Counted from the stretch's first letter, positions 1-9,850 are shown. The stretch is 64,000 nucleotides of DNA from an uncultured Acidobacteriota bacterium (GCA_963747605.1 CAVVGA010000012.1:119471-183470), one strand, 5' to 3'. Numbers and translations: made by a program. Notes: a model not told the origin generated them from the sequence alone.

Positions 1-3000
1 TGGCCACGCCGCCGCTGCCGGTAGTGCTGGCGGTCGGATTTCCGCTGGCCCATTGAGTGTGGTTGAAGACGTTGAACCTTCGACGCGAAACTGCAGGGCA
101 ATCGCTTCGTGGATGGCGAAGGTCTTGAACAGCGCCATATCGAAGTTTAAGCGGCTGGGATTATTCAAGATGTTTCGCGGGCCGTTCCGAAGGTCAGGCC
201 CGTGGGCTGGGCGAATGCCGCGGGATTGTAAAGCAGCGGACCCGAACCCGGCGCGAGTGCGGCGATCGCCGCTGCCGAAGGTTTGCTGTAGGGATTCCCG
301 ACGACATCGGCATAGGAACCGTTGGTGCCGACGCCATTCGCAACGCCGGCGTTGTCGGCAAAAATGCCGTACAGCACGCTGAAGGGCTGGCCGGTATTAA
401 ACGCAGTGATTCCCGAATATTGCCAGCCGGCGAACGCACTTTTTCCCAGCCTTCCAGTCCGAAGGAAGGGAGACTGTAAACGTAGCTGAAAGTAAGGATA
501 TGGCGTTCATCGAAATTCGAACTGGCCCGATTGCCCGAGGATCAAATGAGTTGACGAAGTTCTGGTCCGCCAGTCCGACGAATCGTCAATCGAGTGGCTG
601 TAGGTATACGAAGCGGAGATCACCAGCGGCGCAATCGTTCGGCGAATCGAGACCTGCATCGAGTTGTAAATCGAATCGGCTCCGTACGACTTGGAAGTGA
701 CGGTTCCGAAGCCGACGAATTTCCGGTACGGAGAAGGATCGTTTCCGCAGGCGATTCCCAGATGAACGGCCGCGGCGCCGGTAAGCGGGTTGCCAATTAC
801 CGTCCCGGCTCGCATCCGTATTGACGACTGACCCGTACTATTGAGTGTAGGATCCATGGGCATCATTTGATCCTGCACGACAATGGGCTCGCCGGGGCTG
901 TACGGATTTTCCGCCGCCGCGGCGGCGTCAGTTGATTGGCATCTAACTGTATGCGACAGATGCGTGCCTTTGCTTCCGACATAGCCGAGCTGGAAAACCG
1001 TATTTTTGAAAACCTCCCGCTCCATGCTCAGGTTCCATTGCTGCATATAGGGCCAGATGGCTTTGGTCGGAATCGAGGTGACGTACAGCGGAAACGCGAG
1101 GGGACCGCGCCTCCACCGATGCAGGTAGCCCGGTGGGTTGAGCGCAGCCGGTGGCCCGTAGCAATGTTCGATTGCTGAGGGAGTGAGCACGACCGGAGGA
1201 CTGCCTTCCAGCGATTCGGCGTTGGCCTCGTTGCCGTTGCCGTGATCGAAGAAAATACCGTATCCGCCACGCAGAGAGGTTTTTCCGTCGCCGAAAATAT
1301 CCCACGCGAAGCCGACGCGCGGCGCAGGATTGAACAGATGTCCTTGCATGCATCCCCGAGGAATTCCGGGCGCGCCGCATTGCACGATTCCGTTAAATTT
1401 CGCGGGTCAGTCGGCGTCAAAGGATCAGTCAAAGCAGCGTCGCCAAATAGATTGCCGTTAGGACCGACGAAGACGCATTGGCCTGATTAAAAACAGGCGA
1501 TGGCTCCCAGTTGTAGGCGTTCTTGTATTTTTCGTAATAGGTGCCGAAAGAGGCTCAGGCGGAGCCCAACGTTCAGAGTGAGCCGGAGTTAACGTGAAAA
1601 TCGTCGTTGATGTAGGGTTCGATGTATTTGATAACGGTTGTAGTATTTGGGCTGGAGATTGGGCTGGGAAGAAGTTGGCGATATTTCCAATAAGAAGATC
1701 GGCGAACGCGTTTCCAGTGGAAAAACCGTATTCGTCGCATCGAAAGTCAGAGAGCCTTGCAGTCCCGTGCTGGCAAACTCGTTCTTTTGGGCGATGACAG
1801 CGTAGGCGCCCAGCTGCAGGGTATGTTTGCCGATAATCTTGGTGAGATTGTCGCGAATGGTATAGGTGGGATTGGCGTTGTTCCAGGGCTCATCGGAAGG
1901 ATCGGCGGTGAAACCGGAGCCGTCGGCGGCGTTTCCGCTGACGGAGACGGTCGGAAGTTTTCCGCCGAAATCGGGAAACAGGCCAGTCATGGTCATGCTG
2001 GGCGGGCGCTGGAACGGACCAACGTTGGTCAAGAAGATGTGATCGCTCGTGTAGCTGAAGACGAATTCGTTGACCAGAGTTGGTGAAGCGGTGTAGGTCA
2101 AGCGCGCGACAGCGCTGGTGGTCGGGCCAACGAAATGAGTTTGAATGGAGGGCAGGGTGGCGTTGGACCATAAGGTGGTTGGCGTGGTGGTGTCCCAGGA
2201 GTCGTGAACATAGTGAAACATGCCGCGCAGATTGTTGGTGAAATTGTGATCGATCCTTAGCAACTCTTCGCGCCAAAACGTGGGCTGGGAAATGGAAGCG
2301 TTATAACAAGCGTTAATCGAAGAAGGGCAGCCGGTGGTGCTGTTGGGGGCGTTGATTTCGGCCAGGATGGCTTGGCCGTTGGGGTTAACGGTCACTTGAT
2401 TGTTGGGGAATGTATTGTAGGACGTAATATTGGGATTGCTGGTGTTGGCAGAGACCGCCGGGCAGTCTGGGTAAAAAGCGGCTGGCTCGGGGTTGAGCAC
2501 CATATCGGGATCCCCACGATAGAACGTGGTGCCGGGGGCCGGGCAAACATCGGAGAAATTGCCGCCACGCTCAGCATTGGACGGAACTGGAATATTGAAA
2601 GTGTTCGGAACCCTCTCCCAGCGCCATTCCTGCGACCAGAAGAAGAATGTTTTACTCTTGTCGGTGTTGTAGTGCCCCGGAATATATATGGGGCCGCCGA
2701 TGGTATAGCCAAAGTCATTTTTGTGATAGGGCGGGGCAGAGGATGTCTGATCGAAGTAATTTCGCGCATTGAAGATGGTGTTGCGATCGAATTCGTAGAT
2801 GTCGCCATGAAAACTGCTGGTGCCGGATTTCAGCTCGGTTTCGACGGTGCCGGAGGAATTGCGGCCGTATTCGGCTCCGTAATTGGAGGTTAGAACGCGC
2901 ACTTCTTGAATGGCGTCAACGCTGGGATAGACGTTCAGCGAGTTGTTGCTGCCGTTGTCCATGTTGTCGCCGCCGTCCAGTTCCCAGTTATTGTTCTCGC

Positions 3001-3565
3001 CGCGGCCGCCGTTCACCGAGTAAATCGTGTTGCCCGCGATACCGACTGTCCCTTCATCCTGTCCTGTTTGATTGTTGACGCCGGGCGTCAAAGTGATGAG
3101 CTGCGCGAAGTCGCGTCCGTTCAGTTGTAGTTGCGTGATCTCGGAACCAGTGATGGTGCCGCCCACTTGTGCGGATTGCGTTTCTACTTGGGCGACACCC
3201 TGGCCGGCGACGACGACTTCGCTGGAGAGAGAGCCGACTTCCAAGGTGACGTCCATGCGAGCTTTCTGGCCGACGCGCAGGACCACACCTTTGGCTTGGT
3301 AGGTCTTGAAACCGTTCGCGGTGATGGTGATGTCATAGGTGCCGCTTGGCAGATACGGGATGACCCAGTCGCCGTCGCCATTGGCGGCGGTGGTCTTATT
3401 CATTCCGATGGAGCCGTTGCTGACAGTGACGGTGGCGCCGGCGACAACCGCACCGGTGGTGTCGTGCACCGTGCCGTTCAGCGTGGCGGTGTCCTGCGCG
3501 AGAGCGACGCCGGAGGAGGTGAGGAGCAGGGCGATCAGGCAGCAAGCTTGACGAAGAAATTTCAT
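1..3565 (-). pseudogene. TonB-dependent outer-membrane receptor with carboxypeptidase-regulatory-like N-terminal domain; C-terminus runs off the left edge; reading frame broken many times
   Basis: ORF 1589..3565 opens with a signal peptide (MKFLRQACCLIALLLTSSGVALAQ) followed by DTATLNGTVHDTTGAVVAGATVTVSNGS (CarboxypepD_reg-type), then plug/barrel-like sequence. The barrel continues in other frames: 507..1385 (GYGIFFDHGNGN, SASYTYSHSIDD), 165..377, and 1..170 (LNFDMALFKTFAIHEAIALQFRVEG / FNVFNHTQW, itself split). Hand translation of 1386..1600 needs at least four frame changes. Confidence 0.8.
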
Positions 3566-3954
3566 ATACGTCTCCAGGTAGCGCAGAGTTTGCGCGTGAT
3601 TTGCGATCCCGAAATGCTAATACCCGAAGTTGCTGGTTTTGCGCGAAGGGGTGAGGGCGCGGCACAGCTGGCAGGCTGTGCATACGCGAGCGCGGGAACA
3701 GTTATCCCGGCAAACGGCTTCCAGTAGCTTGATGGACTCCACCCCAAACGTTTTATTAAATTTATTAAAACTGATTTATATACGGCAACGGGGATATGTC
3801 AAGCGAAAAACTCGAGGTCATTGTGGGGTAGATGAGGGTAGGAGCCTTAGCTGCCAGGCGCGGGGCGGCGCGGCTGACGCCGAGCAGCGCCGAGCGAGAG
3901 GTTAGCGTTCCCAGGCCTCGGGCGGTTGGGCGCGAAGTGTGCTAGTTTTTAGCC

Positions 3955-5193
3955 GTGAAGTGCTCGGACAAATTGCGCGTGGTGGGATTGGCGGCCGCTG
4001 TGATGACCGCGATTCCGCCGGCTACTGTCGACGCGGTCGAGCATTCGGCGGAGGGCCAAGCCGCGCACTCAGTTGGCGCGCCGGCTGCGCAGGGCGTGGC
4101 GTCGCTGTTCGCGGAGGGGGAAGCAGCTTTGCGGGCTGGGGAATTGGACCGAGCGGCCGCTGCCTTCAGGAAAGTGCTGGCGGCGGATCCTGGCGCGGTC
4201 GGGGCTTATGCGAATTTGGGGGTGATAGCGATGCGGCGGCAGCAGTGGGCGCAGGCACTGGAATTGTTGCAGAAAGCGGAGCGGCTGGCACCGAACGTCG
4301 CGGGGATTCGTTTGAATATCGGACTCGTTTATTACCGGCAGAGCGAATTTCATGCGGCGATTGCGCCGTTCGAGTCGGTGCTGCGCGATCAGCCGGAGTC
4401 GGTGCAGGCGCGTTATCTGCTGGGACTTTGCTATTTCTTTACCGAAAAGTATGGCGACGCGGTGAATGCCTTGCAGCCGATCTGGGCGGAGGAGTCGCAG
4501 GACCTGAATTATCTGTATGTGCTGGGGAATGCCGCGAACAAGGCGGGGCAGAGCGACGTGGAGGAGCGCGCTCTGACGCGATTCGTGGAGCTGGGGCAGA
4601 ACACGGCGGAATATCATTTGTTGATGGGCAAGGCGGCGCTGAATCGCGAGGAGAATGATAAGGCGATCGCGGAATTGATGCAGGCGGCGCAGATGGATCC
4701 GCGGCTGCCGTTTGTACATTTTAATCTGGGGCTCGCTTATCTTGCGCGAGCGGATTTTGAGAAAGCACGCGACGAATTTTTGCAGGACGTGGAGATCGAG
4801 CCGGATGTGGCTTTCAATTACGACCGGCTGGGGGTGGTTTACGCGTATTTGCAAGATGATGCGAAGGCGGAGGCGAACTTCAAGCAGGCGCTGCATTTGG
4901 ATGCGCACCTTTCCAGTTCTTATTTCGGTTTAGCGCGGGTTTATCAGCGGCAGAGGAAGTTTTCGCAGGCGCTGCGGGGGGTGGATTCGGCTTTGGGCAT
5001 GGATGCAAATAACGCGAATTATCACAATTTGAAAGGGCAGATTTTGATGCGGTTGGGGAAGACGCAAGAGGCACAGAAGGAATTGGCGTCGGCTACGGAT
5101 TTGCTGAATGCCAGCCGCGAGCGGCGGCACAACGAGTTGAACGAAGGAGCTTTGCCCCAGCCGGAATTGACGGCGGAGCCGAAGGTGCAGTGA
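3955..5193 (+). CDS. secreted tetratricopeptide (TPR) repeat protein
   Basis: Intact 412-aa ORF (GTG start). It has a hydrophobic N-terminus (LRVVGLAAAVMTAIPPATVDA) followed by repeated 34-aa TPR-like units (AYANLGVIAMRRQQWAQALELLQKAERLAP, AFNYDRLGVVYAYLQDDAKAEANFKQALHLD, etc.). Confidence 0.8.
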   Translation: MKCSDKLRVVGLAAAVMTAIPPATVDAVEHSAEGQAAHSVGAPAAQGVASLFAEGEAALRAGELDRAAAAFRKVLAADPGAVGAYANLGVIAMRRQQWAQALELLQKAERLAPNVAGIRLNIGLVYYRQSEFHAAIAPFESVLRDQPESVQARYLLGLCYFFTEKYGDAVNALQPIWAEESQDLNYLYVLGNAANKAGQSDVEERALTRFVELGQNTAEYHLLMGKAALNREENDKAIAELMQAAQMDPRLPFVHFNLGLAYLARADFEKARDEFLQDVEIEPDVAFNYDRLGVVYAYLQDDAKAEANFKQALHLDAHLSSSYFGLARVYQRQRKFSQALRGVDSALGMDANNANYHNLKGQILMRLGKTQEAQKELASATDLLNASRERRHNELNEGALPQPELTAEPKVQ

Positions 5194-5270
5194 GGGGCGA
5201 AGCGCGGGAAGAGCGAAAGGCGAAAATAGAAAAGAGAAAATGTGGGTCCTCCGTTCGGTTTCGTCGTCTC

Positions 5271-6203
5271 TCACTTCTGCGAATTCAAGAATTTCTGGAC
5301 TTCGCGGGCTGTGGGCATGGAGGGTTGCGCGCCGTTACGGGTGACGGAGATGGCGGCTACCGCGGACCCGTAGCGGGCGGCTTCGCGGGGCTTTTTGCCG
5401 GAGAGCAGGCTGACGGCGAGGCCGGCGTTGAAGGCGTCGCCGGCGGCGGTGGAGTCGATTGCTTTTACTGCGAAGGATGGAACCATTTCGCGGATGCCGT
5501 CGGCTGTGGCGATGAACGCGCCCTGCGCTCCCATTTTGATTACGACATTTTTGGGCCCGCGCGCGAGGAGAAGATCAGCGCAGCGCGCGGCTGTTTCGGG
5601 CGTCACCGGCTCGGTCGGCGGGAGGCCGCAAAGAATGCGCGTCTCGCTTTCGTTGGGCGTGATCCAGGCAGTGACTTGTAGGAGGCCGCTGGGCAATTCG
5701 CGCGCGGGGGCGGGATCGAGCATCAGCGGGATTTTGTAGCGATGCGCGAAGGCGCCTAGAGTTTCGAGAGTGATGAGGGGGATTTCGAGTTGCGCGAGAA
5801 TCATTCCGGCTTTGCGGAGTAACGCGGAATGCGCGCTGATGTCTTTCGGGAGCAGCTTGCCGTTGGCGCCAGGGACTACGACGATATTGTTCTGGCCGTC
5901 GCTGCCTATATTGATGAGCGCGACGCCGGAGGAGCCTTTTACGGTGCGGACGGATTGCACGGCGACGCCGGCGGCGCGCAAGGCATTTTTCAGCGCGCCG
6001 CCGAAGGAATCGTCGCCGACATTTCCTACCATGCTGACTGGGTGGTCGAGTTTCGCGACGCCCACGGCTTGATTTGCGCCTTTGCCGCCGTGGAAGGTGC
6101 GGAAATCCTTGCCGATGATGGTTTCGCCGGGGAGGGGGACGTGATCGGCGGTGGCGACCAGGTCGAGATTGACGCTGCCTACGACGACTATTGGCTTACG
6201 CAT
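5271..6203 (-). CDS. rbsK: ribokinase (PfkB family)
   Basis: Intact 310-aa ORF. It carries VVVGSVNLDLV, GGKGANQAVG and the C-terminal DSTAAGDAFNAG anion-hole/ATP motif typical of ribokinase. Confidence 0.85.
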   Translation of the reverse strand: MRKPIVVVGSVNLDLVATADHVPLPGETIIGKDFRTFHGGKGANQAVGVAKLDHPVSMVGNVGDDSFGGALKNALRAAGVAVQSVRTVKGSSGVALINIGSDGQNNIVVVPGANGKLLPKDISAHSALLRKAGMILAQLEIPLITLETLGAFAHRYKIPLMLDPAPARELPSGLLQVTAWITPNESETRILCGLPPTEPVTPETAARCADLLLARGPKNVVIKMGAQGAFIATADGIREMVPSFAVKAIDSTAAGDAFNAGLAVSLLSGKKPREAARYGSAVAAISVTRNGAQPSMPTAREVQKFLNSQK

Positions 6204-6302
6204 TTTTTGGGAGGCTCCGGATTCGTGTTGTGCGGAAAGAGCGCATCGGGCATTTGTAGCGGCGGTCGTTGGCGCGGCATTGGTTGTTGCTGCGCCACCG
6301 AT

Positions 6303-6378
6303 GGCGCACTTCAGTGCGCCGCTACGAAGGCCACGTCAAAGGCAAAGGCGCCCAGCTCAAGCTGGCCGCTACAAATGC
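6303..6378 (+). repeat. REP-like composite intergenic repeat (two GC hairpins, each followed by a GCTACRA tail)
   Basis: GGCGCACTTCAGTGCGCC-GCTACGAAGG-CCACGTCAAAGGCAAA-GGCGCCCAGCTCAAGCTGGCC-GCTACAAATG. A near-identical composite lies at 23689..23776. An inverted copy of the tail (CATTTGTAGCGGC) lies at 6251..6263. Confidence 0.6.
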
Positions 6379-6547
6379 AAATCCTTTGCACGCATTTTTC
6401 CGCGAACAGTTCAGCGGATAAGGCTACCATCAACTGCCTGGAGCGTCGCAAGTGGGTTCTGGGATTTCCGGGCGTGCGGATAGGTGCACGGCGCTGGGCG
6501 GTCGTGCTAATCTTTGGTGAAGTTTCGCGCGGTTTTCTGACGACTTT

Positions 6548-6587
6548 GCCTGGGTGGCGGAATAGCATACGCTGAGGACTTAAAATC
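6548..6587 (+). pseudogene. 5' half of an intron-less tRNA-Leu(UAA) (remnant / att-like copy)
   Basis: The sequence is GCCTGGG TG GCGGAATAGCATACGC T GAGGA CTTAAAA TC: acceptor 5' strand, Leu-type D arm, and anticodon stem plus loop with UAA. It matches exon 1 of the intact gene at 8056 at about 34 of 40 positions. It reads through the splice junction as CTT-AAAATC (no intron). Similarity stops 2 nt into the 3' strand of the anticodon stem. Confidence 0.6.
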
Positions 6588-6720
6588 GTATTTTTTGTTT
6601 CACGTGAAACATATAAATACAGCACAATCATATAGTTATCGACATTTTGTCGCGTTACGGTATCCTTACACAACTCTTTCACATTCTCGCTTTTTGAAGG
6701 AGTAGGGGAGGGCGTCCGTA

Positions 6721-7881
6721 ATGCCCGAGCAATACACCATCCTCGGTGGAAAAGTTCACGTCTACAAACGTCCTCACAGCACTCTCTGGCAGTGCTCCAC
6801 TTATTTCGCCGGCAAAAATCGTCGCACCAGCACAAAAGAAGAGAGTATCTCGAAAGCCAAAGAGGTTGCGGAGGATTGGTTTCTGCAGCTCCGCGGAAAA
6901 CTTCGCAGCGGAGAAATCAAGACAGAAAAAACTTTTCGCGAAGCGTCCGAACAATTCCTGCGCGAATACGACATTATCACGCAGGGGCAACGCAGCAAGG
7001 ACTATATCAGAGGCCAACACTCAAGGTCGCAGTTGCATCTGGTGCCGTTCTTCGGCGCTATGGGCCTTTCCGAAGTAACGGCCGGCAAGGTTCAGGAATA
7101 CCGCATTCACCGCCACGAGGAAACCCAGGCGAAACGCGGAAAACCGCCGGCTCACAACACCATGCATCAGGAAACCGTAACTCTTCGCCAGACCCTGAAA
7201 ACCGCCGTCCGTCACGGCTGGCTGGACCGCCTTCCCGATCTCTCCGAGCCGTACCGATCATCGCCGAAAATTTCGCACAGGGCGTGGTTCTCGCCGGAGG
7301 AATACAAAAAACTCTACGACGCCACGCGAAAGCGTGCACATCAACCAAAGCAGGCGCGCTTCCGGTGGGAATCGGAGCAGCTTCACGACTATGTTCTCTT
7401 CTCCGCAAACACGGGGCTCCGGCCCGATGAGGCACGGCGGCTGCAATTTCGCGACGTGACAATCGTTGAAGACGAAGCGAGCGGTCAGACCATCCTTGAA
7501 ATCGAAGTCAGAGGGAAGCGCGGTGTCGGGTACTGCAAGAGTATGACGGGCGCTGTGCGCCCGTTCGAACGCCTGAAAGCACGGCCCCGGCCGGCCGCAA
7601 CTGACGGTCCGCGGGAAGAAGGGAAGGGTGCTGAAACCGCAAAAACCGATTCGGCCAAACTCCGCCTGCCGCAGCCGACAGAGCTTATCTTTCCGAAATG
7701 GCAGCGTGAGATTTTCGACGCGGTTCTTGAAGAGGAAAACCTGAAGTTCGACAGGGAAGGGCGGCCGCGAACGGCTTACAGCCTGCGGCACACCTATATC
7801 TGTCTTCGCCTGATGGAAGGTTCCGACATCTACCAGATTGCCAAAAACTGCCGCACCAGCGTCGAAATGATCGAGAAATAG
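6721..7881 (+). CDS. tyrosine-type site-specific integrase, terminated by an in-frame TAG just before the expected catalytic Tyr
   Basis: Box I is NTGLRPDEARRLQFRDV and box II is AYSLRHTYICLRLMEG...NCRTSVEMIEK. A TAG follows at 7879..7881. The same frame then continues open for 42 codons (YAAHIKTNLDAAEIN...) to a TAA at 8008..8010. Confidence 0.85.
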   Translation: MPEQYTILGGKVHVYKRPHSTLWQCSTYFAGKNRRTSTKEESISKAKEVAEDWFLQLRGKLRSGEIKTEKTFREASEQFLREYDIITQGQRSKDYIRGQHSRSQLHLVPFFGAMGLSEVTAGKVQEYRIHRHEETQAKRGKPPAHNTMHQETVTLRQTLKTAVRHGWLDRLPDLSEPYRSSPKISHRAWFSPEEYKKLYDATRKRAHQPKQARFRWESEQLHDYVLFSANTGLRPDEARRLQFRDVTIVEDEASGQTILEIEVRGKRGVGYCKSMTGAVRPFERLKARPRPAATDGPREEGKGAETAKTDSAKLRLPQPTELIFPKWQREIFDAVLEEENLKFDREGRPRTAYSLRHTYICLRLMEGSDIYQIAKNCRTSVEMIEK

Positions 7882-8055
7882 TACGCGGCACACATCAAGA
7901 CGAATCTTGACGCCGCTGAAATCAACAAAATGAGACCACGGCTGAAAAAGAAACAGAACCAGCCGACGCGAAAGCTACCGCAACATCCGGCCCCGGAAAC
8001 CGACGTGTAAATTTCTGCCGGCTGCACTATGATGAGACCTGCAGCAGAAAGCCAC

Positions 8056-8385
8056 GCGGGCGTGGCGGAATGGCATACGCAGCGGACTTAAGGAAAACTT
8101 GAGTGCTCGCCGGGAAACCGGCGATGCAGAACTGCCCAAAGTCGGGGGAACCTGAAATGGCAATCCCGAGCCAAGCCTCGACGGAAATTCTCGTCAGGAA
8201 GGTGTAGAGACTAGACGGGCAGCGCCTAAACGCCGGACGTTCCGGGGCAGGGTGAAGGGATAGTCCAGACCGCAAACCCGACATCGAGCTGACAGCTCTT
8301 CGTCAGGGCGGCGAAAGCCGCGGACGGTAAGAAAATCCGCAGGGCTTCACAGCTCGTGTGGGTTCGACTCCCACCGCCCGCACCA
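8056..8385 (+). tRNA. tRNA-Leu(UAA) gene interrupted by a group I intron (exon 1 8056..8089, exon 2 8332..8385, CCA encoded)
   Basis: Joined exons give a canonical cloverleaf. Acceptor GCGGGCG/CGCCCGC, D arm GCG-GAATGGCATA-CGC, anticodon stem GCGGA/TCCGC, loop CTTAAAA (anticodon UAA). There is a long variable arm, T arm GTGGG-TTCGACT-CCCAC, discriminator A and CCA. Confidence 0.85.
8090..8331 (+). ncRNA. group I intron (tRNA-Leu(UAA)/IC3-like), 242 nt, inserted between U34 and A35
   Basis: P1 can form between ACTT|AAG (8086..8092) and CTTGAGT (8098..8104), with a U-G wobble at the 5' splice site. The last intron base is G (8331). There are GAAA-capped stems (CGCCGG-GAAA-CCGGCG, GGCGGC-GAAA-GCCGC). 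The core segments GGCAATCCCGAGCCAAGCC and GGAAGGTGTAGAGACTAGACGGGCAGCGCCTAAACG match, from memory, the conserved core of cyanobacterial/plastid tRNA-Leu introns. Confidence 0.8.
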
Positions 8386-8428
8386 TCCTTCTCGCGTCCC
8401 GTCTTCGCAATTCCCGTGAATTTCATCA

Positions 8429-8788
8429 TCACTCCGCCGCTACGGAAACCCGCGCTCGTTTACAGCCCCGCCGGCTCAGGCACAATTCTGCGATGGATCT
8501 ATGAAGATTCTGCCGCCTTAACATAGACCGGCTGCGCAACGATCTGTTTCCCCATAGCGTAAAACCACGCAACATCAGGGCCATAGTGAGGGCATTGGAC
8601 ACGAGGAAACCGAACTGGCCTGCCATCGCCGCGACTGAGAAACCGCACAAGGCGGCGAGCGCGCTGAGGACGAAGCCCATGCGGTTCTGATTTGTGACTA
8701 GCCAAGTCCCAGTCATGCCGAAGATCATCGTCATCCAGTCCAGGCCGTAATAGCTAGACAGGGACTCCAGAAAAGCATCAAACATCAA
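8429..8788 (-). CDS. small membrane protein, function unknown (possibly a truncated transporter fragment)
   Basis: 119-aa ORF with about three hydrophobic helices (DWMTMIFGMTGTWLV, GFVLSALAALCGFSVAAMAG, FLVSNALTMALML). The Arg-rich C-terminal 40 aa look non-native. It abuts the 3' end of the tRNA. Confidence 0.4.
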   Translation of the reverse strand: MMFDAFLESLSSYYGLDWMTMIFGMTGTWLVTNQNRMGFVLSALAALCGFSVAAMAGQFGFLVSNALTMALMLRGFTLWGNRSLRSRSMLRRQNLHRSIAELCLSRRGCKRARVSVAAE

Positions 8789-8993
8789 GCCTCACTACGT
8801 CATAGCCGATAGTCAAAGCTTAAGACAAAGAGATTACGGAACCATTAAGAGCGGAGATTTTGTCGCGAGCGCGGACGCGAAATGGGGTCACCGCACAACG
8901 GTGAGATTCATGAAACTGGCTAAGCTGCAAGAAACCTCTGTAACATTAATAGTTTGCGGAAAATAAGACGCTTTCTAAGACTGGGTGTTTCAA

Positions 8994-9009
8994 AATTAAC
9001 ATTATCACA
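8994..9009 (+). repeat. 16-nt exact direct repeat AATTAACATTATCACA (copy 1); on the minus strand it reads as an extended -10-like TGTGATAAT
   Basis: Identical 16-mer at 12048..12063. A 12-nt sub-match (ATTATCACATCG) lies at 10303..10314. Confidence 0.5.
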
Positions 9010-9203
9010 CCGGCGGTTGTTCTTGATTTGTCCTCGCCGCTGTAACTCACCAGGCTTTTGGCCTCTCTTGATAACACAATCTGTGATCTCACACCGCGAT
9101 GGCCTCGATATCGACTCTACGTCTGTATTCTTCAAGCTTCTTGGCGCACGAGTCACAACATGCTACGGTCCCCAAAGTTCGTGATGAATGTGGGGTACAG
9201 GCT

Positions 9204-9437
9204 ATGGAAAAAATTCCTGCAGAAGATCTTGGAAAGCGCCTGCCGGAAATTCTGGAACGGATCGCCCGCGGTGAGCATTTCACTATCACCGATCGCGGCA
9301 GGTCCGCCGCTGAGCTGGGGCCCGTCGAAGAACCAGTTCCGGCGAAGGCTGCTGTGGAAACGATCCTTGATATTCAAAGGCGCGTCAAACCGCTTGGTGT
9401 TCCTATGCGTGAGGCGATCGAAGAAGGCCGCGCGTGA
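9204..9437 (+). CDS. type II antitoxin, Phd/YefM-like (partner of VapC)
   Basis: 77 aa from the ATG at 9204 within ORF 9099..9437 (MEKIPAEDLGKRLPEILERIARGEHFTITDRGRSAAEL). Its stop overlaps the start of the downstream PIN gene (GTGA). Confidence 0.75.
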   Translation: MEKIPAEDLGKRLPEILERIARGEHFTITDRGRSAAELGPVEEPVPAKAAVETILDIQRRVKPLGVPMREAIEEGRA

Positions 9438-9844
9438 ATCTGGTTCTCGATGCCTCAATGGCGGCTTCCTGGTGCTTTCCGGACGAGCGAACCGACCTGA
9501 CGCAGCGGCTACTAAACGACCTGGCTGGCCCGGAAGCAGCCGCGGCCCCTCGAATGTGGGCCTACGAAAATCGCAACGTCATCCTTCGCGGCGTGCGGCA
9601 AGAACGCCTCGGACATAGAGATGCGGCGGCTTTTTTGGAGTCGCTTACAGCGTTGCAAATCCGCTTGCTTGACCCACCTTATAACGCAGTCTTTCAGGCT
9701 GCGGTCCGCTTCGATCTGAGTTTTTACGATGCAGCCTACCTAGAACTTGCTGTGCGGGAAAACTTGCCCCTGGCGACGCTGGACAAGCAACTGCGCCGTG
9801 CGGCATTGGCAGCTAACGTTGCCGTGTACGGAGAAGGCCGATAG
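9434..9844 (+). CDS. vapC: PIN-domain ribonuclease toxin VapC
   Basis: 136 aa. It has an N-terminal VLDAS acidic motif and FYDAAYLELA plus LATLD, typical of PIN/VapC. There is a 4-nt start/stop overlap with the antitoxin. Confidence 0.85.
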   Translation: MNLVLDASMAASWCFPDERTDLTQRLLNDLAGPEAAAAPRMWAYENRNVILRGVRQERLGHRDAAAFLESLTALQIRLLDPPYNAVFQAAVRFDLSFYDAAYLELAVRENLPLATLDKQLRRAALAANVAVYGEGR

Positions 9845-9850
9845 TTCTAA

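Noticed and set aside
4069-4908. Long ORFs opposite or out of frame to confident genes (e.g. 4069..4908, 15275..15991, 17389..18564, 27256..27846, 53750..54463, 55508..56608, 59640..60479).
   Set aside because: They have extreme Arg/Pro/His/Gln content and no recognisable motifs. Each lies entirely inside a gene with clear family signatures on the other strand or frame. These are typical GC-rich shadow ORFs.
8020-8400. First impression of a tmRNA (tRNA-like 3' end GGTTCGACTCCC...CACCA preceded by ~300 nt of structured RNA).
   Set aside because: The 5' end forms a complete Leu-type acceptor, D arm and anticodon stem. The insert sits exactly in the anticodon loop and carries group I core sequences. 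No tag-peptide reading frame or tmRNA pseudoknot pattern is evident.
8429-8788. Possible PnuC (nicotinamide riboside transporter) relationship of the small membrane protein.
   Set aside because: The resemblance is only a loose helix-spacing and Trp/Asn pattern from memory. The protein is about half the expected length with a junk-like tail, so I keep it as a hypothetical membrane protein.
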